Source of the DNA: an uncultured Pelagibacteraceae bacterium
GTDB taxonomy: Bacteria; Pseudomonadota; Alphaproteobacteria; Pelagibacterales; Pelagibacteraceae
Assembly: GCA_902618555.1 (NCBI GenBank)
Contig: CACNAY010000001.1
Location: 3,601-67,600 of the forward strand
Length of the DNA stretch: 64,000 nucleotides
Direction of reading: 5' to 3'
Shown here: positions 61,981 to 64,000 of the stretch, piece after piece
How the letters are laid out: the number at the start of each line of letters is the position of its first letter
Numbering within the stretch: position 1 is the first letter of the stretch
Program-made: the position numbers and the translations under genes
Notes under the pieces: model-generated
The model's database searches: none
What the model saw: only the letters and a program-made list of their open reading frames with translations
What the model was told of the DNA's origin: nothing

Positions 61981-63237
61981 ATGCAAAAACTTTTAATTAA
62001 AGGAAACAGAGAGCTTACGGGAACCATATCTATTTCAGGATCTAAAAATGCCACACTTCCAATCTTGGCGGCATCTATTTTAGCCTTTAAAGCAAAACTA
62101 AAAAATGTTCCATTTGTAAAAGACATTTTTACAATGCTTGACTTATTAAAGTTCATAGGAATAAAAATTAAAATTAATTCCAAAAATAAAACAATCGAAT
62201 TGATTAATAGCAATAAAAATATAAATACACTAGCACCATACAAATTAGTTAGAACAATGCGAGCAGGTATTTTAGTATTAGGACCACTATTAACAAAATA
62301 CAGAAAAGCAAAAGTTTCATTGCCAGGTGGCTGCGCTATTGGAACAAGGCCAGTTGACTTACATTTGTTTGCATTAAAAAAATTGGGCGCAAAAATTAAA
62401 ATTAAAGATGGTTATATTATCGCTGAAGCAAAAAAAGGATTAATTGGAACAAGTATAAGATTTCCATCTAATTCAGTTGGAGCAACAGAAAATGCGTTAA
62501 TTGCTGCACATGGAGCAAAGGGTAAAACAATTTTATATAACTGTGCGATTGAGCCGGAGATTTTAGATTTAATCTCATATTTAAAAAAACTAGGAAGTAA
62601 AATAAAAATTTCTGGACGAAAAATAAGTATAATAGGAAAAAATATCAGTTTTAAGAAGATAAATCATAAAATAATTTTTGATAGAATAGAAGCAGGAACA
62701 TATATTATTGCCGGCGCTTTAATTGGAAAAAAAATCAAAATTAATAAGGTTGTACCTAAAATTTTAAAATATGAAATTAATGTTTTAAAAAAAATGGGTG
62801 CAAAAATAATTTCTAGCAAGAATTCTGTTACTATAATAAAATCCAACAATATAAAAAGAGCAACTGTTTCCACAAAGCCTTATCCTGGATTTCCAACGGA
62901 TCTACAGGCACAATTAATGGTTTTAATGACCCAAGCAAAAGGTTTATCCAAAATAAAAGAAAATATATTTGAAAATAGATTCATGCACGTTCCAGAACTT
63001 AAAAGAATGGGGGCAAAAATTGAAATAAAAAACAAAACAGCATATATCTACGGTTTAACAAAATTGACGGGAGCTGAAGTTATGGCCACAGATTTAAGGG
63101 CATCCGTGAGTTTGGTTTTGGCTGGATTGATTGCTGACAAAAGAACGATAATTAATAGAATTTATCATTTAGATAGAGGCTACGAATTTTTAGAACGAAA
63201 ACTCAAAAAATGTAAAGCTTCAGTTAAAAGAACTTAA
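61981..63237 (+). CDS. murA: UDP-N-acetylglucosamine 1-carboxyvinyltransferase
   Basis: GSKNATLP, LPGGCAIGTRPVDLH, PGFPTDLQ, DLRA and HLDRGYE. Confidence 0.97.
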   Translation: MQKLLIKGNRELTGTISISGSKNATLPILAASILAFKAKLKNVPFVKDIFTMLDLLKFIGIKIKINSKNKTIELINSNKNINTLAPYKLVRTMRAGILVLGPLLTKYRKAKVSLPGGCAIGTRPVDLHLFALKKLGAKIKIKDGYIIAEAKKGLIGTSIRFPSNSVGATENALIAAHGAKGKTILYNCAIEPEILDLISYLKKLGSKIKISGRKISIIGKNISFKKINHKIIFDRIEAGTYIIAGALIGKKIKINKVVPKILKYEINVLKKMGAKIISSKNSVTIIKSNNIKRATVSTKPYPGFPTDLQAQLMVLMTQAKGLSKIKENIFENRFMHVPELKRMGAKIEIKNKTAYIYGLTKLTGAEVMATDLRASVSLVLAGLIADKRTIINRIYHLDRGYEFLERKLKKCKASVKRT

Positions 63238-63238
63238 A

Positions 63239-63682
63239 ATGGAAGTTAAAAATCTAAAGCTTATAGCTAAGACCGAGGAAGATCTCAGAGTCGTATCAGC
63301 TCATTTACAAGACGCAATCGCAAATGTGTCAGATATTGCAAATTTAAAAAAAAATAAGATTTTCTTAATGCAATTAAACAGGTTTATGTGGGAAGATGTA
63401 GAAAAAGGTGTTTTCAGAAAAAATAAAAGAATAAGAACTATACTAAAAATTGAAAATGTAATAAAAGCGCATTCTAAAAATATCAATCAATTAAAAGAGA
63501 ATAAATTTTTAGACTTTCTGACTATTGAAACATATCAAATGCCTGATAATAACTATGAAATGAAAATAGTTTTTGCTGGAGACGCAGTTATTAAAATAAT
63601 CGTTGAAGCAATAGAAATCACACTAGATGATCAGGGTGAGGCATGGGATACTAAAAATATACCAAAACACAAATTGATATGA
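63239..63682 (+). CDS. DUF2948 family protein
   Basis: LKLIA...DL.VVSAHLQDA, NRFMWE and FAGD; murA-DUF2948-hisD synteny. Confidence 0.85.
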   Translation: MEVKNLKLIAKTEEDLRVVSAHLQDAIANVSDIANLKKNKIFLMQLNRFMWEDVEKGVFRKNKRIRTILKIENVIKAHSKNINQLKENKFLDFLTIETYQMPDNNYEMKIVFAGDAVIKIIVEAIEITLDDQGEAWDTKNIPKHKLI

Positions 63683-64000
63683 ATATTAAGTTCTTTAACG
63701 CAAATAAAGCAAACTCGATTAAAAAACTTGAAATAGTTTTGAATAAAAGAAAATTAAAGCAGCAAAATAATTCAAAAGTTGTAAAAAATTTACTTTTAAA
63801 TGTAAAAAAATATGGTGATAATGCTCTGATAAAGTATGAAAAAAAATTTTCAAAAGTAAAAACTAGTTCAAAAAAAATAAAATTTACAAATAATGAGGTA
63901 AATAAAATTTCAAAAAAAATAGATAATAAATTAAAAAAATCGATTGATATTGCTTTTACAAGAATAAAATATTTTCACTCAAAACAAAAATTTTCTTCAT
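63679..64000 (+). CDS. hisD: Histidinol dehydrogenase N-terminus; partial, runs off the window
   Basis: ATGA overlap; VKKYGDNALIKYEKKF and IDIAFTRIKYFHSKQ; conserved position after DUF2948. Confidence 0.85.
   Translation, partial: MNIKFFNANKANSIKKLEIVLNKRKLKQQNNSKVVKNLLLNVKKYGDNALIKYEKKFSKVKTSSKKIKFTNNEVNKISKKIDNKLKKSIDIAFTRIKYFHSKQKFSS

Noticed and set aside
38-63486. Numerous 60-140 aa ORFs antisense to or nested in recognised genes (e.g. 38-226, 11158-11475, 25725-26096, 41873-42301, 61950-62243)
   Set aside because: They lie within well-supported genes and show no recognisable motifs, so they are treated as shadow ORFs.
1-64000. CRISPR array, IS/transposase, integrase or prophage genes
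   Set aside because: No regularly spaced repeat array and no ORF with transposase, recombinase or phage structural motifs were seen by eye.

Overview
This is an AT-rich, highly streamlined alphaproteobacterial chromosome segment. Gene content, protein sequences and minimal spacers point to SAR11/Pelagibacteraceae (inference, no database search). Most of it is core genes: gltDB, thrS-infC-rpmI-rplT-pheST-lepA, class I lysS, pyrD, cobST, aroKB, def-fmt-truA, rpmH-rnpA-yidD-yidC-argB-dapD-dapE and dcd-murA-hisD. Accessory segments are (i) a surface-glycan islet behind tRNA-Arg(ACG), (ii) a second glycan islet between lepA and tRNA-Ser(GGA) with an SxtJ/SxtK(DUF5989)/carbamoyltransferase module, and (iii) the most striking feature, a 514-bp single-gene cassette integrated at tRNA-Ser. 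The cassette is bounded by a perfect 76-bp direct repeat of most of the tRNA, carries three copies of a GC-rich TGGTCGTC motif placed like integrase arm sites, encodes one small secreted protein and has no integrase. Several small ORFs missing from the ORF track and two structured intergenic regions (candidate sRNAs) were also found. No CRISPR array, rRNA, IS element or integrase gene was seen.
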